46,947 bases of DNA from Guillardia theta CCMP2712 (lineage: Eukaryota; Protista; Cryptophyta), in contig NW_005434530.1 in NCBI RefSeq assembly GCF_000315625.1, positions 1 through 46,947 of the forward strand, written 5' to 3'. The translations under genes were made by a program, and so were the position numbers. Position 1 is the stretch's first letter. Each line of letters opens with the position of its first letter. Below the pieces are notes generated by a model. It saw nothing but the letters and a program-made list of their open reading frames with translations. It was not told the origin of the DNA and ran no database searches. This document shows, one piece after another, positions 24,758-38,292 of this stretch.

Positions 24758-25171
24758 ATGTCAAGACCCCTCCTCGCTACCCGATGCTCCCACGACTGGA
24801 CCTGCCCCGACGAGCTCCTCGCTCCTTCCTCTCCTAAGCCTCTCGACAACATCACCCTCCCGCCCTCCAGCCCGAGGCAGCACGCAGCACCATGGGCAGA
24901 TGCTCTGCGGTCGCGCATGTACCTGGTGGTCGTGGGCATCGCGTACTTGGTGGCCATCGTGAAAGTGATCGTCAACGAGCTGCTGGTGGACGAGGAGGAA
25001 GACACCATGGCAGGGTCGCCGACGACAAGGAGGGCGAGGGAGCAGGAGGAGCTTTTCTCGCGGGAGGGCATGGAGAGCAGGGCGACAGTGAAGCGGTCGG
25101 GGTTTGACTCACGGAAGCTGCTGAGGCCGGAGTTCGGGCAGACGTTCAAGGTGATACGAATGAGCACGTGA
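24758..25171 (+). CDS. Small hypothetical protein (137 aa); LL[KR]PEF family, copy A2
   Basis: ATG at 24758 (MSRPLLATR...), near-identical to copy A1. Confidence 0.65.
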   Translation: MSRPLLATRCSHDWTCPDELLAPSSPKPLDNITLPPSSPRQHAAPWADALRSRMYLVVVGIAYLVAIVKVIVNELLVDEEEDTMAGSPTTRRAREQEELFSREGMESRATVKRSGFDSRKLLRPEFGQTFKVIRMST

Positions 25172-25757
25172 AGGAGGGGATGAAGGGATAGATCATTATC
25201 ATTCATATTTCTTGTCAATTTTGCTTTGTAAATAAACTCATCTTGCTTCTGTATATGCTTGCCAACGCTCTGACCTCCCTCGAATCCTTTGGCAACAGAT
25301 CAAACCGTGTTCCTTTCCCTACACATACTCCTTTATCCCGTACATCCTGATCGCCCTTTATCTCCTAGCCTTACCTTTCATGCATTCTTGTTTTCTTTGA
25401 CCTTCGTTTTTTGTGAGTTTGTATTGAGCCAGCCCCCTCCTGATTGGAAGTTGGCAGGAAGTGAGGACAGGAGTTTGTTGTTGAATGAAGAGGACTCACA
25501 AACATGATGAAAGTGATTACCTCCAAGGTTCTGTAAGCAATCAGACTCACTGTTGCAATCATGGACGTGAGGAGATATGTATTCTGTCAAACTTGGTGAT
25601 CGATATCACAATTGTGTTGTTCACCTCCCCTCCTTCTTGCTCCATCTCGAAGTAGCTATGATCAGATGTTTGAAACTTTAATATCACAGCACTTCAACAA
25701 CTTTCAACTTCAATATCACAGAACTTCAAGGATCTTCAACTTTTATATAGCAGCCCT

Positions 25758-27400
25758 TCAGCTGGACGAATCAGCCGGGTGCATCTCTTGGAACTTTCTC
25801 TCCAGCTCTTCCTCAGCAATCTTCTGAGTCATCCATGACAGGCATCTGTCTCCAGACTTCTTTCCCTGCTCCGTGTTGTTCTCAATGCCCATCAGGTACA
25901 TCATGAAATTGTCAGGGCTGGCAAGACCAGCGTCTTCCAGGGATCGCACAAACGCGTCGAGGTGCTTCCTGACCTCCTCTCGGCCCATGACCAGAGGGGA
26001 AGGTCTGTTGGGAGGCTCCGCGAACGATTCTTTCTTCACTTGGTGCATGCACTTGATGATGTAGATCGGGCCCGGCCACCAGTAGACCATGAAAATAATG
26101 ATCGCTACGGCGATACTGAGCATGCAGATGATCGGGGGGTTCCTGGTGACAGCTTATGTGAGATTGGAGCAACTTGCAAGCTGGGTGAGGGGAAATCGTC
26201 AGGGAGCAATAAAAGAACTGGGACATGAAACGGGCTGGAAATGACTGACGGGAGGAAGAAACAAATCTGCTAGAGGGAGCAGAGTGCTATAGAGAGGGGG
26301 CAGGGAAGCTGAAACGAGGAGGAAACAAGTGGAGGTAAGAACCCGGCACAACCTATGAAGGTGAATGATGACCCAAAAGACGACGTAAAGGGCAAAGATG
26401 ACAAGAGCGACGAGGAAAGAGACAAAAGCTCCGTTGCCTCGCTTTCCGACAAACTTCATCAACCTTGAATGAGTAAGGCAAGTCACAACAGCCGTCATTC
26501 TCGCATTCGAATTCATCTATCTAGTCACATCATTCTTCCTTATCTCATGTTTGCGGTTCTGACCTTCAACATCCCACTCAGCTCAAAAGCATCCTTGCGT
26601 AACATTTTCTTGCAATCTTCACCCATTTTTCATCCTCATCAAAACACCCCTCGCACAATCCCAAGTCCATGTACAATATCGTCCTTACCTGGCGATTTCA
26701 AAGTTTCCGCTCATCTCCCCCAGCGCCAGGATCATGATCACGGCATGGAACAGGGCGATGCACTGGATGACGATGGAGAGGAGGAGGTAGGGCAGCGAGA
26801 CATCCCACCACACGTCTCCCCACGGGCGTCCGAAGCTGTCATGACCCCAGTATGCGGTGATATCTGAGACACGTTAGCCGGCTGCAGGCCTGCGATCATA
26901 ATCCACTCACCGTCATAGTTCTCATCGTAGTGGAGAGTGAGAAATTGGAATTGGACTGTGAGTAGCAAGGCTGAGCAGAGCGCGACTGTGTTGTTTTCCA
27001 TCAGACATGCGTCCTTGATCTGTGGCAATAGTATCACCATCATCACTGAATATCATCGTTATCACCACCACCACCACCACCACCACAACCGCCGCCGCCG
27101 CCACACCACTGCCAACATCTTGCCTTTTCATAGCTGATGTGACTAGCTGAGCTGAGCTCCAAGAAGTCTCCCTTCCACAAACTTTTCTGCAGCGAGATTC
27201 TCATTCCGAACGAGCAGCAGGAAGAAGGATCAAAAGAGGAAGGGTCGCAGGAAGGAGGGTCGAAGGTTACCTGGGTGGAGATGGACCAAGGATGGTCGTA
27301 CGTTCTCTCCCCGAACTTGGAGAAGTCAAAGTTGACGATGGCGCCATCTCGATCGATTAAAATTTTCTGTGACTTCTTTGCGCTTGATTATTACATGCAA
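25758..27400 (-). CDS. Hypothetical multi-pass membrane protein (multi-exon; 5' end uncertain)
   Basis: Exons join in frame across introns: NFDFSKFGERTYDHPWSISTQ / KSLWKGDFLELSSASHISYEK / IKDACLMENNTVALCSALLLTVQF / WWDVSLPYLLLSIVIQCIALFHAVIMILAL / AFVSFLVALVIFALYVVFWVII / MLSIAVAIIIFMVYWWPGP...MHPADSSS*. About 4 TM helices. Confidence 0.7.
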
Positions 27401-27705
27401 CATCGACAGGCTACAACTTACCATCGCCTGCCCACCACTGTGCGTTGCATGCTGCCCCTCCGACGATGCTACTTTTCCTCTTTGCATCAGATTGCTACTG
27501 AATCTGAAGGAGAAGTGAGCTACGGATGCGATTGGCGATGGAGGCTTCAGAGGCAGAGGACGGATGGGCTGAGGGGGGAGACGATAAGAGATGGAAAACT
27601 AAGGAGCTGAAGAGGGGGGGGTATAGAAGGTAGAGGAAGTCGATAGTAGAGGCAACGGGGAAAGATGTGGGTGAGGAGGGAGATGTGGGGGAGAGGAGAG
27701 CGATC

Positions 27706-27860
27706 CGGAGGAGGAGGAGGAGGAGGAGGAGGAGGTGGTGGTGGTGGTGGAGGAGGAGGAGAAGGTGGTCGTGTGGTGGTGGAGGAGGATGAGGAGGAGG
27801 TGGTGGTGGTGGATGTAGTGGTGGTGGTGGTGGTGGTGGTGGAGGTGGAGGAGGAGGAGA
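27706..27860. repeat. (GGA)n/(GGT)n compound microsatellite
   Basis: Direct reading. Confidence 0.9.
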
Positions 27861-27899
27861 AAAGCAGAGGAGCGCAACGCCAACTGCATTAACTATCCT

Positions 27900-28500
27900 T
27901 GCAAAAGTTAACTCAACTCACGGCCTTCAGTCCTCTAGTGCCCCCGACCCGGCGTCCCGGCCGCGGCGGGGTTCGAGCCGCGGCGGGCCCCGAGCCGAGG
28001 GCCGGCCCCCGCGGCGGCCCGGCCCTCGGCTCGGTCGCCGCGGAGTACGGTCCGATCTGACTGGCCGCACCCAGCCTGGCAGTGACGGACTCCGAATCCC
28101 GAGTCCCGGAGGAGTCCGTACGGTCCCCGCGATGATCGCCGCGCCGCCGCGCGTACCGTACGGTCTGACGGGCCGGGTGGCCGCCGCGAGTCCCGGCCGT
28201 CCGAGTCGGCGCCCGGCCGCCGCCGGTGGCCCACGCCGTGTGCCGCCCGGCCCTTTGAAAAAGTTTTTACACAGTCGGTGAACTTCCGGAAGTTAAGTTA
28301 AGTTAACTTCAAGCGCTGAAAGACTCTTGAATCAGTGGTCAGTGGTACGAGCCTTCCGGGCGGCGGCCCGCCGCCCTGCCGGGCCAGTGACTCTCCCCGG
28401 TGGGCCCGCCGCCACTTTGAGTAAAGGCTCAGCACAACTTTTAGTTTGTAAAGACAACCAGATTCGTACCAGTGGGTCTCGTGACCCACCAATAGTCATT
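27900..28500. other. Non-coding GC-rich, short-palindrome-rich island 3
   Basis: Same word usage as islands 1 and 2 (CCGG, GGCC, CCGTAC, GAGTC, CAGTG, AAGTT), no credible ORF. Confidence 0.7.
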
Positions 28501-29466
28501 GGCATGTGACATCTTTACTCAGGCTAGATGGAACCTCATGATGACTTCATGACAAGAAACTAAAAGTCAGTCACTGTTTGCTCCTGGCCCGGACCAGCCC
28601 CTACCCCTCCATCTCTCTGGTTTCGTTGAGGTAAAAGGCCGACCCGTCCTTTGATATTATTCCGAAAGTTTCATGCAGACTGGCATGCCTGCCAGGCTGG
28701 CAATTGTTTTTTTTCCTGCCAGTCAAATCGTCTGAACGGATATCTACTACCGGTGGGTCCTCCCGACACAGGCTAGTACCCACGGGATCATACAGAATTC
28801 TCTCTAATCATAAGGGGTCCATTTTGAGAAAATGGACAACCAGGAGGGTCCTGCATAACTTCATAGGCAATGCCAGGCTGGCAGCACATCAAGGCATTGC
28901 CTACTTTTCCTATTGCCTCACTTGAAGTTTCGGAATCCTATGACTGTCATCGGGATATCTGTAGCAACTCCATATCTTTACCACCCCGCAGGCCAAAGGA
29001 GTTTTAGCAAGTTTGGAGGCACCGAAAAGACTTGTTTTGGAAAATATTAAGTAATCTTTGCGATCTCCGGGCAATCCCGCCCCCAACCCTGCGTAATAAC
29101 TGGATCTATTAGTACACCCACCCTTCAAATGGCTCAAAAAGCACCGGTGGTGAGGTAGCCTGACTCCCCCTGCACCCTCTTTACCTCGAGGCTGTCGCAC
29201 GCCAACCCACAGCACCGCCTTCCTCTGCCACTCCCTGCCGCTATCCCTTCCCCTCCCCTTTCGCCCTCCCTCCCTCGCCGCTGCTCCTACATCTCTCCTG
29301 CTCCTGATCTCCCCTCTTCTGCTTCCTCTTTCTCCTTTGCTCCCTGGGCTGTATCCTACCACTTGGCGTCGACCTGCTTTCTTGTGCCGGTTGTTTCTTG
29401 GTCTGCACAGATCGCACAGCTCCTGATCTAGGACGAGCAAGGGGGCTGTTGATATCTTGAGCCTCG

Positions 29467-29934
29467 ATGGCGACGGACATCTCAATGAGTCATTGTGACG
29501 GGCAGCAGGAGCCATGCATGTCCACAAGGACATCGCACGAGACTTTCTATGAGGACCTGCAGACCTGTATCAGGTATCCTGAGTGCGGGTGGTCAGAGAG
29601 CGGCCGCTGCCAGGACGCGGGCACGCATCATCCCGCTGGCAGAGACAGCGCGCAGACAGCGGGCAACTCGGACGTTGCCTGTGCTCGGTCATGCTTCATT
29701 CTTGTTTTATTTCAGCTGGTTTGGAATGCTCTGCACCAAGTGGTGTGTTTGTTGATGACAGAAGACGACTGGGGGCCATGCCCCGTAGAGGAGGAGTGCA
29801 GCTCGCCCAAGTACGTGAGCGACGACTCAAGGCGGGAGGTGTCCACGTGTCGGAGCTGGCCGAGACGGCACTCTCATCCACTGCTGAAGCCGGAATTCTG
29901 CAAGCCCTTCAAGTTCAAGCGCGTGAGAACATGA
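29467..29934 (+). CDS. Small Cys-rich hypothetical protein (155 aa); LL[KR]PEF family, copy B1
   Basis: ORF with hydrophobic CFILVLFQLVWNALHQVVCLLM, an acidic patch and C-terminal LLKPEFCKPFKFKRVRT, the same layout as copies A1/A2. Confidence 0.6.
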   Translation: MATDISMSHCDGQQEPCMSTRTSHETFYEDLQTCIRYPECGWSESGRCQDAGTHHPAGRDSAQTAGNSDVACARSCFILVLFQLVWNALHQVVCLLMTEDDWGPCPVEEECSSPKYVSDDSRREVSTCRSWPRRHSHPLLKPEFCKPFKFKRVRT

Positions 29935-31268
29935 ATGGGATGGGTGTATGGGACAAGGATGGGCAGGGTGGTAGTGGAGAAGCAACGCTCGATGTGTATC
30001 GCAGTAAAGCATATGTCGGGCTGATTCACCTGTTGGTTGGGAAGGTTTGTCACGGCCACTAGGACTTATTCCTGGTCCTGCATCGGATCTTTTCTGCGAA
30101 GCTTCCTCGTTTGACTGTTCGAATGTATGATGAGTTTGTATTTTAGCTTGTAGGAACAACCCATTCACTCCTCCTCTCTTGCCATTCAATCCTCCTCTCT
30201 TGAGACATGCTTCTTTGTTACAAGTTACGTATTTCTCGACCTCGTCGACCGAAGGCTTCAGCCTAGTAGGGTTTATTTGAAATTTTGCCCATGACTCATG
30301 TTATGATGTCACGGTGATGCATTTCGTGACCGTCCGGGACCCGGGGAAAGCTTCCGTAGGGTCGCATTCACCCGAGTGGTTCGCATGACCCACCTACCCA
30401 TGATAAACACACAAACGAAGGGGTCCTGGTCGTGAACGATTTAAAACACCTTTTCTCGGGGCGAACGAGGCAGGCCCGGGGCGGCCAACACACCCGTCAT
30501 TGGCGGTGACCGGACTCCGAGAGCTTGTTAAGTAAACTTTACGATCTCCGGGGGGTTCGCACGAGAGTCAAAGCAGAGGTCTTTACGGGACTGTACTTGA
30601 AACGACGTTCTCTCGGATCGTTTGGGTTTGTCTAGCAAGTGTTTTAAAATGTTTTGCACTTCTTGAGTAAACTTGTTGGGGGATGGATACAAAAGTCGGG
30701 GAGCAACTGTTAGACTAGCAGCAGTGGCTGGAAGCACATCAAGGCATTGCCTTGTTCTTTTATTGCCTCACTTAAAGATTCGCAGACATGCAGCCCTATC
30801 GGGAAGGAGATCAGGATACGTTTCGAACTCTTTAGCTTTTCCCAGCCCAAGAAGTTGGAGGTGTCGAAAAGACTTGTTTTCGAGCCTGAAGGTTAGGACT
30901 TCCAGTCAGTTCTATACCAACCCCTGGGATATACGGAGGAAAGCACCGGTGGTGAGGTAGCCTGACTCCCCCTGCACCCTCTTTACCTCGAGGCTGTCGC
31001 ACGCCAACCCACAGCACCGCCCTCCTCTGCCACTCCCTGCCGCTATCCCTTCCCCTCCCCTTTCGCCCTCCCTCCCTCGCCGCTGCTCCTACATCTCTCC
31101 TGCTCCTGATCTCCCCTCTTCTGCTCCCTCTTTCTCCTTTGCTCCCTGGGCTGTATCCTACCACTTGGCGTCGACCTGCTTTCTTGTGCCGGTTGTTTCT
31201 TGGTCTGCACAGATCGCACAGCTCCTGATCTAGGACGAGCAAGGGGGCTGTTGATATCTTGAGCCTCG

Positions 31269-31736
31269 ATGGCGACGGACATCTCAATGAGTCATTGTGA
31301 CGGGCAGCAGGAGCCATGCATGTCCACAAGGACATCGCACGAGACTTTCTATGAGGACCTGCAGACCTGTATCAGGTATCCTGAGTGCGGGTGGTCAGAG
31401 AGCGGCCGCTGCCAGGACGCGGGCACGCATCATCCCGCTGGCAGAGACAGCGCGCAGACAGCGGGCAACTCGGACGTTGCCTGTGCTCGGTCATGCTTCA
31501 TTCTTGTTTTATTTCAGCTGGTTTGGAATGCTCTGCACCAAGTGGTGTGTTTGTTGATGACAGAAGACGACTGGGGGCCATGCCCCGTAGAGGAGGAGTG
31601 CAGCTCGCCCAAGTACGTGAGCGACGACTCAAGGCGGGAGGTGTCCACGTGTCGGAGCTGGCCGAGACGGCACTCTCATCCACTGCTGAAGCCGGAATTC
31701 TGCAAGCCCTTCAAGTTCAAGCGCGTGAGAACATGA
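31269..31736 (+). CDS. LL[KR]PEF family, copy B2 (protein identical to B1)
   Basis: Identical translation to 29467-29934. Confidence 0.6.
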   Translation: MATDISMSHCDGQQEPCMSTRTSHETFYEDLQTCIRYPECGWSESGRCQDAGTHHPAGRDSAQTAGNSDVACARSCFILVLFQLVWNALHQVVCLLMTEDDWGPCPVEEECSSPKYVSDDSRREVSTCRSWPRRHSHPLLKPEFCKPFKFKRVRT

Positions 31737-33075
31737 ATGGGATGGGTGTATGGGACAAGGATGGGCAGGGTGGTAGTGGAGAAGCAACGCTCGATGTGTA
31801 TCGCAGTAAAGCATATGTCGGGCTGATTCACCTGTTGGTTGGGAAGGTTTGTCACGGCCACTAGGACTTATTCCTGGTCCTGCATCGGATCTTTTCTGCG
31901 AAGCTTCCTCGTTTGACTGTTCGAATGTATGATGAGTTTGTATTTTAGCTTGTAGGAACAACCCATTCACTCCTCCTCTCTTGCCATTCAATCCTCCTCT
32001 CTTGAGACATGCTTCTTTGTTACAAGTTACGTATTTCTCGACCTCGTCGACCGAAGGCTTCAGCCTAGTAGGGTTTATTTGAAATTTTGCCCATGACTCA
32101 TGTTATGATGTCACGGTGATGCATTTCGTGACCGTCCGGGACCCGGGGAAAGCTTCCGTAGGGTCGCATTCACCCGAGTGGTTCGCATGACCCACCTACC
32201 CATGATAAACACACAAACGAAGGGGTCCTGGTCGTGAACGATTTAAAACACCTTTTCTCGGGGCGAACGAGGCAGGCCCGGGGCGGCCAACACACCCGTC
32301 ATTGGCGGTGACCGGACTCCGAGAGCTTGTTAAGTAAACTTTACGATCTCCGGGGGGGGTCGCACGAGAGTCAAAGCAGAGGTCTTTACGGGACTGTACT
32401 TGAAACGACGTTCTCTCGGATCGTTTGGGTTTGTCTAGCAAGTGTTTTAAAATGTTTTGCACTTCTTGAGTAAACTTGTTGGGGGATGGTTACAAAAGTC
32501 GGGGAGCAACTGTTAGACTAGCAGCAGTGGCTGGAAGCACATCAAGGCATTGCCTTGTTCTTTTATTGCCTCACTTAAAGATTCGCAGACATGCAGCCCT
32601 ATCGGGAAGGAGATCAGGATACGTTTCGAACTCTTTAGCGCCTTCCAGCCCAAGAAGTTGGAGGTGTCGAAAAGACTTGTTTTCGAGCAGGTTAGGACTT
32701 CCAGGCAATTCTATACCACCCTAGAGATATAGTAAACATACGGAGGAAAGCACCGGTGGTGAGGTAACCTGACTCCCCCTGCCCCCTCTTTACCTCGAGG
32801 CTGTCGCACGCCAACCCACAGCACCGCCTTCCTCTGCCACTCCCTGCCGCTATCCCTTCCCCTCCCCTTTCGCCCTCCCTCCCTCGCCGCTGCTCCTACA
32901 TCTCTCCTGCTCCTGATCTCCCCTCTTCTGCTCCCTCTTTCTCCTTTGCTCCCTGGGCTGTATCCTACCACTTGGCGTCGACCTGCTTTCTTGTGCCGGT
33001 TGTTTCTTGGTCTGCACAGATCGCACAGCTCCTGATCTAGGACGAGCAAGGGGGCTGTTGATATCTTGAGCCTCG

Positions 33076-33543
33076 ATGGCGCCGGACATCTCAATGAGTC
33101 ATTGTGACGGGCAGCAGGAGCCATGCATGTCCACAAGGACATCGCACGAGACTTTCTATGAGGACCTGCAGACCTGTATCAGGTATCCTGAGTGCGGGTG
33201 GTCAGAGAGCGGCCGCTGCCAGGACGCGGGCACGCATCATCCCGCTGGCAGAGACAGCGCGCAGACAGCGGGCAACTCGGACGTTGCCTGTGCTCGGTCA
33301 TGCTTCATTCTTGTTTTATTTCAGCTGGTTTGGAATGCTCTGCACCAAGTGGTGTGTTTGTTGATGACAGAAGACGACTGGGGGCCATGCCCCGTAGAGG
33401 AGGAGTGCAGCTCGCCCAAGTACGTGAGCGACGACTCAAGGCGGGAGGCGTCCACGTGTCGGAGCTGGCCGAGACGGCACTCTCATCCACTGCTGAAGCC
33501 GGAGTTCTGCAAGCCCTTCAAGTTCAAGCGCGTGAGCGCATGA
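33076..33543 (+). CDS. LL[KR]PEF family, copy B3 (few substitutions)
   Basis: Same length; T3P, V->A and RT->SA at the C-terminus; frame and stop preserved. Confidence 0.6.
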   Translation: MAPDISMSHCDGQQEPCMSTRTSHETFYEDLQTCIRYPECGWSESGRCQDAGTHHPAGRDSAQTAGNSDVACARSCFILVLFQLVWNALHQVVCLLMTEDDWGPCPVEEECSSPKYVSDDSRREASTCRSWPRRHSHPLLKPEFCKPFKFKRVSA

Positions 33544-34094
33544 ATGGGATGGGTGTATGAGACAAGGCGGGGGAGGGGGTTGAAGTATTGGTTGTTTAAC
33601 TGAATAAATTTTGAATCAGTCTTAGCAAGGTTTATAGTCGGAGAGTCACGAAGGGCTCTTGGTTGTCTCAGACGGACATTCTTCACTTTCTTTGTGTGGG
33701 AGTAGGATTCGGTCCTTCACACGTTCATGGTTACATCGCCAACAAGTTTGGATCAAGTAGCTCGATTCTGTTTGTTCGTCCCTTGGGGAGGTTGAAAGTG
33801 AGACGTGCGAGGAAGGAGAGGAAGGCAGAGCTGACGGCCGGCTATTGCTGCTAGCCTCACTAAAACCAAGTCCGGTCACTCTGAGCTGGTTACACCGGTG
33901 GTTTTGACTATTTGTTCTTTCGTTTGAAGGGGGTGGGGTATTGAAAAGGAGAACGAGGGAGGACAGGAGGCGAGGGGGGAGGACTCGGACGTGCCTTGTG
34001 AGGGAGCAGGGCAGGAGAAAGAAGAAAGAAGGTTTAAGTCGCCTTGCTTGCTGCACGACCAGACGGATAGAGGACTTAACTGTGATCTCTTCGC

Positions 34095-35748
34095 ATGTCG
34101 GCGAGCCGAACCCTGTTGTTTACTCTCCTCGTCGCCTCTTTCGCACGCGTCTCTTGCTTCCTCCCCCTCCATCATCTGCAGGGTCTTGTACGCGGATCGA
34201 GGTGACACACGTCCTTCTCTTCCTCCGAGTGATCGCCACAGCAGGGCGACTAGATGCCGCCATCAGCTCCTGCTCCCTGCTGGCATTCCGAGGCTTTCGA
34301 GCAGGGGCCAGGAGCGGGAGTTGACAGTGACGAGCAGCGACGAGGAGGAGCAGAAGGACAAGCGGGTCCTCGTCGCTGTGCTCGGATTTGTCTCTACCCT
34401 CCTTGTGCTCAAGCTCAACCCGTCGCTGCTTGCTCTCGTACACGTGCATGGGGAGGATCGGTGGGGCACCTGGACGGTCTTGGCTGGAGCAGGTGACCCC
34501 CTTGCCGCCTTCTAGAGCTGACCATGCACAGCATGGGCTGGGATACAGCTGGAGGACACGAAGCTGGGAAAGTCACTTTCCGGAGCAGTCTGTGCCATGC
34601 TCATCACCGCGTCCATGGCGGCTGTCGGAGTGCTGCCGGAGGTCCCTTCCCCTCACGTCAGCGCACTGCAGGTAGGTCATTGCTCCACCTGCTCTTAGCT
34701 GATGTCCTCTCCTCAGAGCCTCGTCGTCAACCTGGCGACGCCGCTGCTGCTGCTGGGTGCGGACCTCAAGGTCATCTTCAGAAGAACAGGCAACCATCGT
34801 TCCTTCTTCCTCCTCCTCGGCTGACGGCTTCCCCCTCCCCATGCAGGAGTGATGCTAGTTGCCTTCGCCTTCGGCAGCCTCGGAACGCTCGTGGGAGCTA
34901 CTGCCGGCTTCCTTCTGGCTCGAGGTGGCTTCTTGCGGCACATGGGCCAGAGCGGGTGGGAGGTGGCGGCGGCGCTGACGGCAAAGAACATCGGAGGAGG
35001 GCTCAACTTCATGGGGGTTGTGGACGCCCTGGGCATTGACGGGAATTTCGTTTCTGCTGCGCTGGCAGTTGACAACGTGCTGGGGCTGCTCTACTTCCCG
35101 TTTGTGATGTGGCTGGGTAGGAACCATCCCGGTGACAAGGAGGCGGCGCGAGGTGGAGAGGTGGAGAGCGAGGCAGCACCAGGCGGCTCCCAACGGGCCG
35201 AGCTGACCCTCGAGACTCTCTCAGGTGCTCTCTTCATCTCCTTCGGCATCGCCGCTGCCTCCAACGCTCTCAACGGCATGTTTCACCTCCCTGTCGCCTC
35301 CTCCGCTGCGGGCCTGGCAGTCCTCCTGGCGACGTTGTTCGCGCCCCAGCTGGGCAGGTTGGCGTACAGTGGGGACCTGGTGGGAAGGCAGCTGCTCTAC
35401 TTTTTCTTCGCGTCGGTCGGCGCAGCATCAGGAGGAGCAGCAAGCTCGCTCTCGAGCGGCATGGCGTACCCGCTCGTCACCTTCGGCTTTGCCCTGTACC
35501 TCCTTCACCTAGCCATCATCCTGGGGGCTGGTCGGCTGCTGCGTATCCCTCTCCCCGATGTCCTGCTGGCGTCCAACGCCAACATCGGGAACCCGGCGAC
35601 CGCCGCCGCCATGGCCAACGCCCGAGGATGGAACTCGCGCGTGCTGCCGGCTATTCTCTCCGGGACACTGGGCAACATCATCGGAACGGCTGCTGGGCTG
35701 CTGCTGGGGCAAGCAGTACTCCAGCCGCTTACTGCGATGACTCCCTGA
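34095..35748 (+). CDS. DUF819 family multi-pass membrane protein, probably plastid-targeted (multi-exon)
   Basis: LATPLLLLGADLKVIF, AFAFGSLGTLVGA, ALTAKNIGGGLNF and LASNANIGNPATAAAMANARGW. Leader MSASRTLLFTLLVASFARVSC|FLP is a signal peptide plus Phe. Confidence 0.88.
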
Positions 35749-35860
35749 GGAGGCTCACGGTAGAAAGGACGGAGAACAAGTCCTACGAATCTTCTATGTA
35801 CAAAGATAAACCGACCGCAGCTCTGTAAGAGAGCCCAGCAAATGTACAAGGGCAGCGCGT

Positions 35861-38292
<2,432 letters not shown>

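Larger units (their letters stand above)
23464..25170. repeat. Inverted repeat: arms 23464-23862 and 24772-25170 (about 399 bp, about 3 mismatches), spacer about 909 bp
   Basis: Reverse-complement match that coincides almost exactly with the two coding regions. Confidence 0.93.
29138..33559 (+). repeat. Tandem array of about 1.8-kb units (periods 1802 and 1807 bp), about 2.5 units carrying 3 gene copies
   Basis: gcaccggtggtgaggta at 29141, 30943 and 32750. Near-identity between units, with diverged homology extending left to about 28875. Confidence 0.97.

Noticed and set aside
23464-25170. DNA transposon with long TIRs, or a cryptophyte phycobiliprotein alpha-subunit divergent pair
   Set aside because: The arms coincide with ORFs, with no transposase or TSD. 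The proteins lack a plastid/lumen leader and any phycoerythrin-alpha motif.
29138-33559. LTR retrotransposon or rDNA/snRNA tandem unit
   Set aside because: No TG...CA LTR boundaries with an internal gag/pol, and no recognisable 5S, snRNA or tRNA sequence. The unit carries a small protein ORF instead.
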